64,000 nt of DNA from positions 1 through 64,000 of the forward strand of contig JAAILG010000246.1 in the NCBI GenBank assembly GCA_012026655.1, given 5' to 3'. The first letter of the stretch is position 1. Each line of letters opens with the position of its first letter. This DNA is from Hydrolagus affinis (Eukaryota). The notes below the pieces were generated by a model, which made no database searches, was not told where the DNA came from, and worked only from the letters and a program-made list of their open reading frames with translations. The translations under genes were made by a program, and so were the position numbers. Positions 37,106 through 51,052 of this stretch are shown here, in pieces.

Positions 37106-39689
37106 ATTTTTAAAAATTATTTGTTATTATTTTGTTTGCAGCTTCTGAAGGACACTAGAAAAATGATTGAACAATAAGGCTTTTTTTTTTACTCATCATT
37201 GTCAGATAGAGCTCCAATATGGTTATCATCTAAGGCTCAGAACCTAGTTAAAGTATCTGCAACATCCTTAAGTTTTCAGTGTCACTGTATTGAGTCACAA
37301 GGATCACAGAAACTCTGCCAGCCCTTGGCATCAATGCCAGGAAGAACGCAGCTCCTTTATAAAAGCATGACTTGCATTTATTCCGCACAATACTTACATT
37401 CCACTAACATTATCTCAAACTAAGCCTTACGGTAGTAAAATAAGACACCAGTTCTCTCATGGCCAGAGGTAAGGGTGGGGGTGGGGGAATAGCTGGCAAT
37501 TTATCTGAAACAATGAAGCCTGGAATCTAACAACAGCAACCTTCGCCGCTGACAAATGGAATGCTAATTAGAATTCAGCTATTTTTTCTCTATGACAGAT
37601 GAGGGATGCCCCCTATTGACTCTTCCGAGCAAACTGTTGGAAAGGGTCTTTGCTAGCATACGCTGTAGACTGCAAATTACAGCTAAACCCTTGCCAAGTC
37701 TCGGCTCTTCACAGAACCTGGCACCGAATTTTAAATTACAAAAAAAATGTCTGCCATGAGGCGAGATGTTTTGTAGTGTGCTAAGACTCCGGTAAAACCC
37801 AAATGACCTGAGCACATTAGGGCTTTTAATTATTCATAGATACAACTGAAATGAGAAGATGAGGTGCTTCTTGGTACTCGGTCAATTGAAAACTCACTCC
37901 GCATATTAACGACAACCTGATATAAAATGTCGGAAATAAAATATAGGCAGTTTAAAAATGAAAAAAATGAGTTTGGGATTAAATATTGCTTGTCCATCGC
38001 CTTTCACAGGATCAATTTTGTTTCCAGGTAATATTTGGAATGGGTGGTTTTGCATATCCAGACAGAATGATAATCTCACAAAGTAAAATTGGAATATTTA
38101 ACTTGATAAGTTTTCTTCAAATAATAATGCTAATAATAAATTATTGTATCATGATAATGAAAGTCACATCTGACATTGTTCCATTTCAATGTGCTCCTAT
38201 GAAGCACTGATGTACGTATTTCAAACTTTAATATTTCAAAAATAAAAACTGATATTTATTCATCTGAAGCAAAGTCTCTTGGTTCTGATATTTCAATTTG
38301 GTCTCAATGAAAACAAAGTATAAAGCCATTAAAATCAGTTAGATCTGTACCATCATTTCATCATAGAAATCAATGGTGAACTGAAAAGCTCCTTCAGCTC
38401 GGAGACAGAATCTGCCATTTCTAAAGAAACCCTGATCTTATTTAAACCTAACTCGAGCAAATCCCGGCCCTGGCTTATCCCCAAACTCAAATTTCTGATC
38501 CCAGATTCGCACCAGTTAATATTTACATTTATAGAAATGTATTCCTAAATTACATTGGGATGTATTTTCTGCACTTTATTTTCAAGAATTGAAAGAAAAC
38601 TGTAAATTGGTAAATTTAAAGACCATTGCTGACACCTTTGACGATTTGTTTGTGCCTGATAAGATAATAATGTAATTATTAAACTCTAGGGTTACCTTAA
38701 AATTAGGCAACATTTGTCTACATTTATTGCAGCTGTTGTTTCTCTTTTTCGCTCTATCCCCCACTACCCCCCTCTCGGAAAATCAAATAATCACACTCCT
38801 TAAAATAGTATTAATAGAATTCAGACAGACCGCAATCTAATTTCCTACATTGCAAGAAATATTTATTTCCCTCATGGACAAAAGTCACAGATTGCGGATC
38901 CAGCTGTATAGGTGCAAATTGCAATATGCGTATGGATATTTACTCAAGGAAATATGAGCAATAGCCTTTCACTGGGGGAGGTACCAGTTAATCGTGGGGT
39001 AACATCAATCCATGGACACTCTACCTTTCCAGTGTCTACTCATTCTAAAGCTCCTTCATTCCACCCAAAATGATTAGAATAATACACAGGAAAATACTAT
39101 TTTTTTCCAAAGCAACTGTCTGGATTACTCATGTGAGCCCCTGCCTTTATTAAGCTATCTGAGTTTCATTAAAGTTCCAAGATCCGAGGGCAAGAGAGAG
39201 TGCAGTTGCATGGATTTTGCTTTCATGAGGATTCTGAGCTGAGCTGTCAAAATGAAAAGCTTCGACACACGGTGACGGACCTAGGGCGGATGAATGACAG
39301 ATCTATTTCTCCTGCTCTCAGATGAGAGCTCGAAGGGGCAGTGACACTTTTTTCCCCCAAAAAAAACATTGTCACCATCTGGCTGGTTCAAGAGGTTTTC
39401 ATTAGTGCTCCTCTCTTCTGTGTGCAGAAAGAGAGAAAAAAATCCTCTGTGTAGAACTCAATATATATATTTGTTCGTATGAGAACAAAATGGGAAGACT
39501 TTGTATTTTTTCACTCCGTTGCCGATAGATGTTTCTTACACCGAGACTGAGGCCTTCCCTTTTGTTTATTATAAGAATAAGATGAAAAGGCCCATTGCAG
39601 TGTCTGAGTGCATAACCACATGGAACATATCTTTCAAAATAATAGTCATGCGTTTTATATACTTTGAACAAGAAAGGTTCAATCTCTTG

Positions 39690-39810
39690 CTGTGAGCTAT
39701 CTTGGCTAATTGTCATATGCAAATGAGAGCAATTACAAAGCTTTTAGGTGAGGATGACAGCTGAGGTTGTCAGTTGAGTAGGCCTCACCTACCTTGTTGC
39801 CATAACAACG
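39690..39810. promoter_or_regulatory. Candidate neural enhancer (Sox-like/octamer, TGACAG/E-box, RFX X-box)
   Basis: TAATTGTCATATGCAAAT (octamer 39717-39724), TGACAGCTG, GTTGCCATAACAAC (39796-39809). Confidence 0.4.
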
Positions 39811-39893
39811 CAGAGGATGGAATCAACAGACAAAATGTGAAGAAAAAACAAAGTGTTTCCCTTTAGTTAACTTCGGTGTATGTGTGTGTCTGC

Positions 39894-39934
39894 GGGGGGA
39901 GGTGGGGGGAGGGTGCGGGGGGTGGGTGGGGGGG
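39894..39934 (+). other. G-quadruplex-forming G-rich tract
   Basis: Six runs of 3 or more G separated by 1-4 nt. Confidence 0.6.
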
Positions 39935-42900
39935 TGAGAAAAAAATGGTGATCAGGAACGAATATTAGGGAAAGTATATATTCAATCATCTGTAGCAGTC
40001 ATGGATACATACACTCCTTGGCTCAAATTCTTTTGTTTGTTGCGTTCCACAAGGAACACCCGAGTAGCAAAGCTGAATGCTGCGCACATACCAAATATAA
40101 ATTTTAGTCACAAATGGATATTTTCTATGGCAATTTATTTCACAATTACTCCGGTGGAAGCTTTCATGAATTATATATGAGTTTCGTCTCTGAATTAGGT
40201 GTTATAAAGCTAAATTACAAGAGGCAGCCAGTAATTGAGGTGCCAGTGACACAGACCTACTGAACTAATCTTCAGCAGCACCACGTGAGTGCCTGACAGC
40301 CAATACCACTTCCGTACTGTCAAAAACAGGGCAACTGAGAAAATTGATTTCTCATATGAGCAATATTTGATAGCTTTTGAAATCAAAAATTGAAATTAAC
40401 TAACCTAAGCCCCTTCAGTACAAAGAGCAAATTAAAACTGCAACAGCATTCCTATTGATAGTGTGAAACACTGCCAAGGTGAATTTGTAAATGTATTTTC
40501 AACCGCTTCCTCATTTTTGCTCACTGCAAGGTAACTATGCACACACAGATTATTTACCTAAACTGCTCGCTGCACACTGTTACTTTGGGGTGGAGTGCTC
40601 AGTTGATTGCAAAGTGTAGCTGCTTGTGATCGGGACGAATGCAATTTCAGAATAAGTTGATGCATACAATACAGTCAAATCACATCATTACATGGCCAAA
40701 ATAAATTTCAGTCGATTATAGCCGTGGATCTTTTACAAATGAATATCGGGCAATTATAGCTAAAACAGGTTACTTCATAAGAAGAGAAGGACTCTCACAA
40801 TTTGATTTTATATTGCATTTCAAATCCATTGAGTTACAGAAATATCTGTTTAAATATTTAGGTGATGAAAATGTGTCTTAACATTCAAATCTAGCAATGT
40901 AGCGTTTTTTTTAAATGGTTTTGCACATTAATAAGTGCAGAAAATGCAAAAAGTTAATAACGTGCTCACATCTAAAAAATGAAGGCACCTTATTCTAAAA
41001 ATACAGTTAAACAACATCTCACAATGCAGCCCAGTAATGTACTACGTACAACTCTTTTTTTTACCAGAATCGACAATAATTTCCAGTATTTTTATTTTTA
41101 ATTAAAAGCACAAATATTCCAATATATTCAGCAGATTGTTTACTTTGCTGAATCCCTACAGATGTAAAATCTGTTCATGAAGAAATGTTACATATCTAGC
41201 AATTTTTTTTATAAACAGATATTCATTGTTAAAATATGCAGTGTACACATATTTTTTTCCCGTGCACGGAGCACTGCTTTGTAAAATTATACACTTAATC
41301 TTTAATTAACTAGAATTTAAGCAGCCAAATCAGGCGGTACAATTTATTCCAATCTGTTTTCAATTGTTCCTCACAGCACTTAAACTCACATGTTTCAACA
41401 GTGTCCTATGCACCGAATTGGTCTTCCAACATGCACCCACCACCTGTGGCAATTCAGGGAGGAAGGAGTGTGCAAGACCTTGGAGGAATTGAGCTGAACT
41501 AAATAGCTCTGATATTGGCACAGATGAAAATGTCAAGCTTTCCTTATTGGTGTTATAGAGCTTCAACAAAGCTCTAAAGCCACCGGTTTATCTGGTTTAA
41601 TTAAAATTAGCTTTGGACAAAAATCTTTACTTGGGTCTGTTATATGATAAAAGGAGAACAACTTGATCATAGAAAGTACCACCCACCCATGTCCTGGTGG
41701 CAAAGTTGAAGGAAGCTAATTATTTTCTTGCAGATATTGTAGTCAGCTGGTTAACCCTGTCTCACTTAGAATGGGTGAAATTACCCATCACTTAATTTCT
41801 TCGAGCTACACTGTGTGGCTCTAACAGTCACACTGCTTTCCTTTGGTAATTTTTATAATCAATTATGTAACAATTTCATCTTTATATCATTAGAAAGGAA
41901 GGTTCTGTTGTGGTACTTGAATACGACAATTCAGGAGCATTGATTTCCTCAGTGTCGGCGGTGACGTGGAACAGCTCTGAGCTTAGTGTTTGTTGTAAGA
42001 TCCAGGGCAACTACAGCGTAAAATCACCAGGTGGGAGAGGGCTAATCATGGAGAAGAATAATTGCTCCTTCGAGGGAGTTACCAGTGGTAGCTACCCCTG
42101 TCAATCACAACACAAGGAGGGAAAACATTACTTCCACTAGGTACTGTAGTTAGCAAAGCTAATGAGGAAGAAGAAAGCTTATTTTCTCAGGGGAGACAGC
42201 TAAGGTAGTGTCGTTGAGTCAGCTAAGGTATTGTCCCTGGTCAGTGTTGGCAGCAGAAATCAGGAGGGAGATCTCGAAGTCCAATAGGTAGCGTAATAAG
42301 GTAATCATTCCTGACAGTCAGTAGCAGCATAAACAAAGTTACTCTCTTTGGGGAATTGTAACAGTACCAGTTTGATGCACTGTCAATATCAGATGGTTGA
42401 GGTGATCCTGCGAGTTTCTTCCTTTATGCAGAGATCAGCACTGAGAGTTGAGGGAGGCCTTCGCTCACAATTCTCAGGATATTTATCTGAAAGAAAAACT
42501 AATAATGGAAATACTAAAAATAATAATAATGATAGTAGCAACTAAAATAGTCACCGGCATGTTAACTCAGATTGTTTCCGAGCTATGGAAAGATGCGAAT
42601 AATGACAAAAAGGGATATGAAGCCAACATCAAAAAGCTACGTCAGTATGGATAAAATAGTGAGTTTCTACAATTCAGACAGAATTTAATCTCAACTAGAA
42701 TATGAATGCAATATAAAAATAGACATTCGAAGAGTCAGATGATAAATCGGGGGAGTGCAGAAGGCCTTTTGATATTTTATATATACAGTTGTTTGAAGTT
42801 GAGTTATAGGAAAATGTTTAAAGCAGCACTGAAGTTGTAGTGGAAGAGTTTACAGCCCGCACTATCTCAACCTCACATCTAAAGGAGGGTGTGCTGTAAT

Positions 42901-43884
42901 GAGAGCTTCTTAAGAGGAATACAATGGGACAAAGTGAGAGGGGAGAAAACATCCAAACAAAGGAAGCCCTAAAAGCAAGAGGGAAAACTATTCTAACTGC
43001 AGATAGAAATCCACTTTGCATTGAGCCTGTTACTAATAAAACAGAGTCTGTTGTATTAGTACCAACAAGTACGCTTCTCTTTAGTTACTAGAAATTTTCA
43101 GTGTTTGTTTATAAATTTAATTGTACATTTGGCATTTCTGTATAATATGAAGAAAGGAAAGATATTTATTTGTGTTGAGGTCTTTGGTGGTAAGTAGGTG
43201 TATCTGCAAATGATTATGTTTACCCACTAGATTAGGGTAATAAGTTAACTCTACACAATTTGGTGAATTCTGAACAACAGATTATTAAATGTACTATTTA
43301 TTTCAGCAGAGCCAATCACTTTGCAACAGTAGTTGATATAATTTTTAATTCAGTAAACGTCTTATAACTACTTCAACTATTTTTATTTTTCTCTACTTTT
43401 TCTCTGCATCTAATTTTCCAATGATAGAACAGATATTACTTTGCTTATCTCTTAAGAGAATTGTTTAATTTTTATGCTAATTCTGTCAGGGAAAGCAGTA
43501 TCTTAAGCTAAACCAAGGAAACTCTCTGGACTTTAAAATGTCTAATTGGATTGTTAGTTCTGAAATTGTGAATGCATATGCAAATCAGAGCTATCAAATG
43601 GATGATTATATTTTCACACAACTAGTGCAAGGTTAAATTTTTACATCGTGCAAAGTTTGATTCAAAACTGTAAAAAAATCTTCTCATATTGTGCCATGTT
43701 AAACATAAACACGTTTAATAGGTAGCAACAGAATTAAGAAGGATAAAGGTAACGACTTACATTAAAAAATTTGGAACACAGAACTTTCAAAATTAAAAGG
43801 ATACGGACTGTGAAGGGATTATGGGATCAGCTCAAAGGTTAGTTGGTTAGTTACTTTTTTGGGTTGTCCTGCTGGTGTTCGCTG

Positions 43885-44080
43885 GGATTGCCCAACTGGA
43901 CGCACTTTTGCCTCTGTGTCAGAAAGTTGTCAGGCCTTTGAACTCACAGTCTAGGCTGGCGATCCAATGCAGTGTTGGGGGTTGTTGCATTGCTAAAGGT
44001 GCCGTACTTTGATTGAAATGTTAAACTGAGCCTGTTGAAATGGACATCTGAGATCCCAAAGTTAGTCCAAAAAAAAGAAG
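43885..44080 (+). mobile_element. Deu-domain SINE, 5' part
   Basis: gcacttttgcctctgtgtcagaaagttgt...tctaggctggcgatccaatgcagtgttggggg...aggtgccgtactttgattgaaatgttaaactgag...tggacatctgagatccca. Confidence 0.7.
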
Positions 44081-44175
44081 GGTGACTTTTCAAAATTGTG
44101 TTGAAGTGGCCTAATGATTGAGGTTTACAAAGTAAACCTAACTATATAGATGTATATACATATACATCTATATAT

Positions 44176-44313
44176 TTAGAAACAGGAGTACACCAATTAG
44201 CCCTTCAAGCCTGTTCCGCCGTTCTATAACCATGGCTCATCTGTACCTCAACTCCAATTATCCACCCTTGCCCCATATCCCTTGATACCCTTACCTAATA
44301 GGTATTTAGCAAT
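44176..44313 (-). mobile_element. CR1 LINE 3' UTR fragment
   Basis: agaaacaggagta...agcccttcaagcctgttccgccgttc...catggctcatctgtacctcaactcca...ccatatcccttgatacccttacctaa matches my recollection of chondrichthyan CR1 3' ends. Confidence 0.7.
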
Positions 44314-45213
44314 CATGGCCATGCTATTTGTGATTTGATATTATTTAAGACAAAAGTTTAAAAATGTATCAATCACAATAAAATGAGTGGAATTAGATAA
44401 TAACAAACACAATACCTTGGTACTTTGGAAATTCATCGATGTTAATAGATAGAATAAATACTGTATCTGGAATAAATGGAATTAGACTACTGTGGTGTTC
44501 CAATGCAGTTTAAATTATTTTTACCTCCTAGAAAATTCTAGTTATATTTTAAATTTTCCCTGCATTTATTATAGCATATTTTTTATGAACTAATAAATTG
44601 CATTTGTGACAAATCCCTTTTGTGCTGTTCTTAATATCTTTTATTAAATCTATCGAATTCCCTGAACATTAAACTGGACAGGATAATGATGAAGCAGTGT
44701 GGAGAATGCCTTAATTTTTATACATCATACATTCAAGTGGTTTAATTCAGTTTGCTTAAGCACAGAACAATAATAGTTTAACATTAGAAGCTAGATGAGC
44801 AAGTATTATAACATAGAAATTAAGAACGAAAGCTCATTTTGAACTTCATATCTTGAAATGAAAAGACTGAAATAAATTACAAATCTGTCTGGAGCCCGCC
44901 ACATCCATTTTATTCTCTGCTGGTATATGACGAGAACTATTCCTCCCATGGTAGCTTCCAAGGGGTACCTCCAATGAAGAACTACATTAATCCTATCCAG
45001 CAGGATGCTGAGATAGTGGGACTATTTCTAATGAGAAGTTCTGATAGCTGTTAGCATAATTATTAGATGAATATGAACTGTTCCAGTCTCCAAAGAGAGC
45101 TTAGTCATATATGAAGAAATCTATGGAATTAGGAATTCTTTTAAGCTTCCCAAATCATGCATAAAATTGCATATGGGAGTTGCAAATCTCAGTTTTTCCT
45201 TTAGGAAAACGTG

Positions 45214-45246
45214 TGCCATTTTAAACATTTCATTAGACTCATTCCT
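45214..45246 (+). repeat. 33-bp exact dispersed direct repeat, copy 1
   Basis: TGCCATTTTAAACATTTCATTAGACTCATTCCT, identical to 47093-47125. Confidence 0.95.
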
Positions 45247-45945
45247 TAACAATTAAATACAACACCAGACAAGCCAAATCAACCCGAATTTTTAGTTGCC
45301 ATATTTGTAAGCTACACTTCGTGAAGTACTGTATTGTATTTCACTTACACACAGATGCACATTTGCAGAACTGATGAGACGAGTGACCTAGGATTTTCTT
45401 GTTCGGTGGGATTAGAACCAATAGAGAAATGTAGCAAGTCTCCTTAAATTTGTTGAGAACCACAAAAATGTTTGTTCTTACCAACAGGCACCAGGCAACA
45501 GATTACCTGTTTTCTCAAAAAAGCCTTCAGCGGCCCTGGATGTTGAAGCAAAGGATGACTAACTACAGCATTCAGGTTTGCCCATCGAAAATGAAAGCTT
45601 CAAGTAATGCTATTTGCAGCAGACAGTTCCACACATAGAGGTGGAGTGTTAAATAATATTACTGGCATGTTATCCAACTATTCATGTTTGTAAAGAATTT
45701 TGAAATAAAGCTTTAGTAACTATTATGCTTCTGGATTAATAAAGACTGGATTAAGTACCAGGAATGTTGTTGGTTCTGCGTCATTTAGAATCATGGTGGA
45801 TTAATATTGCCATATAAATCTTAATATTAAGGAAGGGTAAATGCAGACATAGACTTGATAAGGAAATCATAATTGGGACAAATGCATGCTTGCAACCCAT
45901 ACAAAGTGCTAGGCAGTTATCTTTCTTAATTGACTTGTTTTTTAA

Positions 45946-46110
45946 AATAATAATATTATTCCTTGCATTCGATGTAACACCTTACACACCAGAAGTGACA
46001 AAGTGCTTTGCCAACAACAATAACAGAATTACATTTGTATAGTACCTTTTATGTCGGTAGGATGTCCTGAGGCACTGGAAAGTGTAGTGACTGTGTATTT
46101 TGAGGCCATT
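45946..46110 (-). mobile_element. SINE 3' fragment with nested short (GTT)n tail at 46012-46078
   Basis: aataataatattattccttgcattcgat...caaagtgctttgc | caacaacaataacagaattacatttgtatag...ggcactgg | aaagtgtagtgactgtgtattttgagg. Confidence 0.7.
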
Positions 46111-46686
46111 GGTAGATGAGAGGATGTCTGTCGTGACATTCTCAAGCTCATTGACAATGATGGGATACAAAGTGGAGTCTAGCACAATTCCCTAAGGACT
46201 AATAAGATGGTGAATATCTTTTTACTATAACGGCAGATCAAATAAAATGCTTTTTTTCCACATCTTTGCCCGCATTGTATAGAGTTTATTTGCTTAATTT
46301 CTAAAATTGCTAAAATTCTGTAGGATTTCTCGCATCAGACAGCTTTCATATCTAATAGGTATTGCTGCTGCAAGGCAAGTTAGACTTTTTCTTATATAAC
46401 AAAAAAAACCTGTAAATTTAATTAACTAGCTGAAATTTTGAACTTATTATGGTACAATAGCTTTACATTAGACACTTTAATAATCAAGTTACCATTTTGT
46501 TTTATTAATCCTTGCATTTGCATTCCACTTGAATAATCGTGAATTTTGCTTGGTGACCAAGATGATAAGACTACAAACTGCCAGCATCCCATCATCATGC
46601 ACCTGGTTTTGGGCAAAGAAAATATCAAGTTGCATAAATTCCTCTTCTACCCGTTGAGTTACACTTTTTATCACCCAAGCTTCAGC

Positions 46687-46842
46687 AACAACAAAATTTA
46701 CATTTATAGAGCGCCTTTCACTTCATTCACTTAAAATCGGCACAATGCACTGATAACCTAATGTTTACAACAACAACAACAACAACAACAAAATCACATT
46801 TATAGAGCTCCTTTCATATCGGGAGGACGTTCCAAGGTGCTG
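46687..46842 (-). mobile_element. Two adjacent short (GTT)n retro-tail insertions
   Basis: caacaacaaaatttacatttatagagcgcctttcac (46687-46722) and (caa)n aatcacatttatagagctcctttcatatcgggaggacgttccaaggtgctg (46768-46842). Confidence 0.75.
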
Positions 46843-47092
46843 ATATTGATACCAAAATTTCACTCATGAAGTTTACCCACTGTGAGATGCTGGGTCCACA
46901 ACACTGTCTTTGAGGATATGACAAATAATCACACTTCTCAGTGTACGTCATACTTTTGAATAAAACCAACCCACAAGTAAGGACCATTAAAAAAAATGTT
47001 CTAGATAAATATCTGTTTTTTGGGGAAAGGTGAAAGTTAATTCCTTAAGAAAAAAATTAATTTCACCTGAATTTTTCCTTGATGAGGATGAA

Positions 47093-47125
47093 TGCCATTT
47101 TAAACATTTCATTAGACTCATTCCT
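47093..47125 (+). repeat. 33-bp exact dispersed direct repeat, copy 2
   Basis: Identical to 45214-45246. Confidence 0.95.
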
Positions 47126-50100
47126 AGAATTCTCCCTCAATTCAATTGGCCAAATCTTTCAAAAGATTATTTTTAACTGTTGTCACAATCAAATAAAAAC
47201 ATATTAATTTAAAGCATCTCTGATCTTGACACGAGAATAATTCTACTTATACATTGATAGAATTAAAGACATTTTGATAAGTTTTTTTTCCATCTGTAAA
47301 CCATAGCTGGAAGCAGAATTCCTTCACTGTAACATGCTGCTCATCTTCCTCTTTAACATTTTCTTTTATCTGACTTGGCATAAGAGCTGTCAAGGCAACC
47401 TTACTGTATGGGGCCTCTTCTCTGATATATTTTGCAAATAAAATGGTTCATGTGTCATCCTTGGTCCCTGCGGCCTTGCTGTCTGGGTTCCTGCTCGAAC
47501 AGGTGATAACCTGATAGACTTTATCTTGTGTTCGTCAGCCTCCCTGAAGTCTGTAGACACTTCGACTGGCTGTTAGGCATTTTAAAATTCCCCCTTGAGC
47601 CATAACCTTCCCCCTTTCTCCTATCATCAACTGGCATGTCTCCGAGCTGTCAGTAGCTTGTTTCTTATTGATGTTTCCATGTGTTTTATGTCTTTTTGAG
47701 ATATGACGGCCCTGACACAGCTATGGAGCTGTAGTGATTTCAATCAGCCTGCATAAGAGGCTCTGGATTTTAACTTATACAGTCTGTCTCAGATACTTCA
47801 GAGCTTCACCTTTAATGAAAATGTTTCTGAAGGCAGGAAAAAAAAGCCTATGTGCAACATCAGTGACGAATACACAAGACAAAAGCCTGCTTTTGTCATA
47901 AAGGAAGCAAGAACAGAAAGTGACCCACAAGCCAAAGGTTCTGACACCACATCAAATCCCTTTAGGCCCGATGTGGCAGGCTGAGCCTGGCTTAAGATTA
48001 CTTTATCACATCCAAGAGTGACGCTTGCATTTACTTCAGATGTCCAACATGTAAAGAGTTGTACATTTCCCAACCCATGTCGCCTATTAAATCAAGTTTA
48101 AGTGACTTGTGGAGCACATTGCCTTGTCAAACTGAGCTATGCTTAAATCAATTTGAAACATGAAAATGTGCGGAGAGCTGTTATTCTACAAAACTATCAG
48201 CTTGTTTCTCATCAATGTAATTTATGTGCAATATTCCTAAAACCCCTCACCAAATTAGTTAAGGTGTTTTGAAATAAGTACAAATTGTGCATTTGCATTC
48301 ATAAAAGGTAGCAATGTATTAAAATTGCTCATTTGAAATAGAATTCATGCCATTTATAAAATAAAAGCTATTTAATAATTGAAGTGATGTAGAAATTAAT
48401 ACTTAGATTTGATAGATAGTGAATGTTGTTTCAATTCTATTGAAGAGAGTTAGTTTAATAATATTATTTTTTAGTATTTATTTAACTAACTACTGTACTC
48501 TGGTTTTTAACTACTATGCATCACAATTGTATAGCTTACCTATTCCTGTTAAGATTTTTACAGATGTTTAGAACTTGCAGATAGCGGATTCAATGTTAAC
48601 AATCGGATCAGCTGGTCATGTGGGTAAAATTCCTGATAGGATGCAATATTCAATAATACCTGGTCCAAGACTTCTCCCTTGAACATAACGTAGCCCAGTA
48701 TGTTTAGTGATGCATTGTAATCAAAGGTGAACACCCCAAAATTTGTGGAAGAATAAGTGCATAATATCAAATGCAAGGTTTATTAAGGTTTATTGTTAAA
48801 TATATTATTATATTGCATCAGGAAAGTCTGGATTATTTATTGTAGTAATTCAGCATGTGTTCTCTGCTGGAAAGATGACCAGTGAAATCATGAAAGACAC
48901 ATTCAAGTGAGTACAGTATAATGTATAAAGTACATATACTAATCTATTTATTTTCCTTCATTTTTCTGAGACTGACTTGCTTTTTCACATGTTAAATCCA
49001 GAATATAAATTACTGTACTTAAATATCCTATTCTTGTTTAAATTACCAAACGGCTACTTACTTCCATTGTAAATTTGTACCATAATAATTGACAGCACTT
49101 ATAGGCCGACATTCGCATAGGTATATGCAATATCCATATATTTGTTAATAATTACATGCATTACCAGTATAGTTTAGTTTTCTTAGCCTCAGTGTTACAC
49201 AACTAACATACAGAATTCATTTCCTTTACATTTGAAAGTGCAGTCCAGCTTGCAGAATTCCTATTATTGCTATTGTTGCTATTAAAGCAAAAAAAACATA
49301 ATAGTGTATATAAAAAAATTTGTTCCATTCTCACCTTAAGAATACATCATTAATATCTCAATAAAGGCTGTGGAAAATCAAATTATACGAATGACAACAT
49401 ATGTCTCTATTTTATTGTTATAAGCGCCTTTGAGAATTTCTGTGTGGGAGGAAAATGTATTTCACCTAACTTGTTGTATTATATTTGAGACTATTGCTTA
49501 TCAAAACACGCTGCTCATATACAACTGTTAAGCTAATTTATTTCGAGTGGTCTCAGGAAACCTGAAGATTGAGCACACTGTAATGGTTTCTGCCATCATG
49601 CTAAATATCAGCATCAGTAATGCTCAAAGGGTTATTTCCTTCATTATAAAACAATTCAAATATCTTATGAACCATGGACTTCACACTCACAGAAACAGCA
49701 TTAGCATCTAACCTTCAAAAACTACCTTTGTGAAAATGCACGTATGCTAGCTAAATGCTCTTCAGAAAACCGATAAACTCAACCATTTGAAAGATTGAAC
49801 ATCTCTAAATGCTTACAATGAGCCTAAAATTGGAACCAAGTCTTTCACCCGGGAAGTATTGAGGGAAGGGAAACCTTCACTGTGAAGCTTTAAAATTTCA
49901 ATTTATATTGGTCATGACTTGTGACACAGTTTGGGAGTTGGGGCCTGGGAGTCAGGGCTGCCACTGACCTCTGTTCAGACTGTTTGAGAGAGATGTCATC
50001 TGAAAACTCCCAGGGATCAACTGGCTGCCAACTAGTCTGAAAACTTCTGCCAAATTGTCGTACCCCTCAGCTGAATACTAACCCGAGAGGAGGGGAGCAC

Positions 50101-50659
50101 TAGTACTAAAAAGGTTAGAGGTGGGCATCACTTTCAATAGTAGGCTGTCTGGTTCATTAAAGACAGCCGGTTCCAAACAGCATGAGAGTCAAACAGTTCA
50201 GTAACCTTTAGGATGGCACTTTCTGCATAATTTTAAAATCAAAGGGACAATAATCTAGAGTGCCTAATAGGATAGGGAAAGGAATATGCAAAAGGTTCTT
50301 TGTTTTAATGCATTCTTATTCTTAATAAGGCTCTTTTTTTTACTGCTAACCTCAACATTGTAGCTTTAGCTGGTAGGGACTGAATCTTTTTTATGAATCT
50401 ATGCCTGATTTTGCTTCACAAAAATAAATTAATTCCATTTGCAGATATGATCATGCATTTTACCTATCAATAGGTATTTTGATTTACAATCTTATGAATT
50501 GCCCTGCAACCCAAAACAATTCCAAAAATAGTATGCAATTATGTTTTTTTACACATTTTATAGTTTGTTGCACATTCTATATTGAAAAGTATACACTGAA
50601 TGTTAAGATTATGAACAAATTAATGATTTTAACTTTAGAGGTTGATTAACTAATTGTAA

Positions 50660-51030
50660 ATCTTGACAGAGTGTGTTTAGAATGGGAAATGCTTCTACTT
50701 TGTCTATGGTCTGAATAATTGAGGTATTCATAGCAAACACCAATTGTGTAACCATGTACAATATCTGGATTTCCAAAAGGCCATTGATAAAGTAATGGAT
50801 GAGAGACTCCTCTCGAAAATGAAGTGATGGAGGTTGATGTCAGGTAGACTGTCAGTCAGAATAGCTTCAAGGATGATGGTAGATAGATTGATGTACTGTA
50901 GTTATGATTATCAGATATATGGAAGCTTACTAACTCTTGCTTGCAAATAATGTTGCCAATGAGTAACATGTAGATGTGAAATAGGAGAATATAAAGAAGT
51001 CAGAGGTAACCTTGCAAGCATGGACATGAA
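50660..51030 (+). mobile_element. Decayed CR1 reverse transcriptase fragment
   Basis: 50756-50821 reads VQYLDFQKAIDKVMDERLLSKM (CR1 motif YLDF.KAFDKVPH.RLL.K); outer boundaries approximate. Confidence 0.65.
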
Positions 51031-51052
51031 GCAGAATAAATAGTATAACAGT

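Noticed and set aside
41900-43020. Possible decayed LINE (CR1/L2) block
   Set aside because: Purine-rich and TE-like in feel, but I could not recover a diagnostic motif
44143-44174. Palindrome tatatagatgtata...tatacatctatata
   Set aside because: Low-complexity TA-rich sequence at a CR1 tail; self-complementarity is expected
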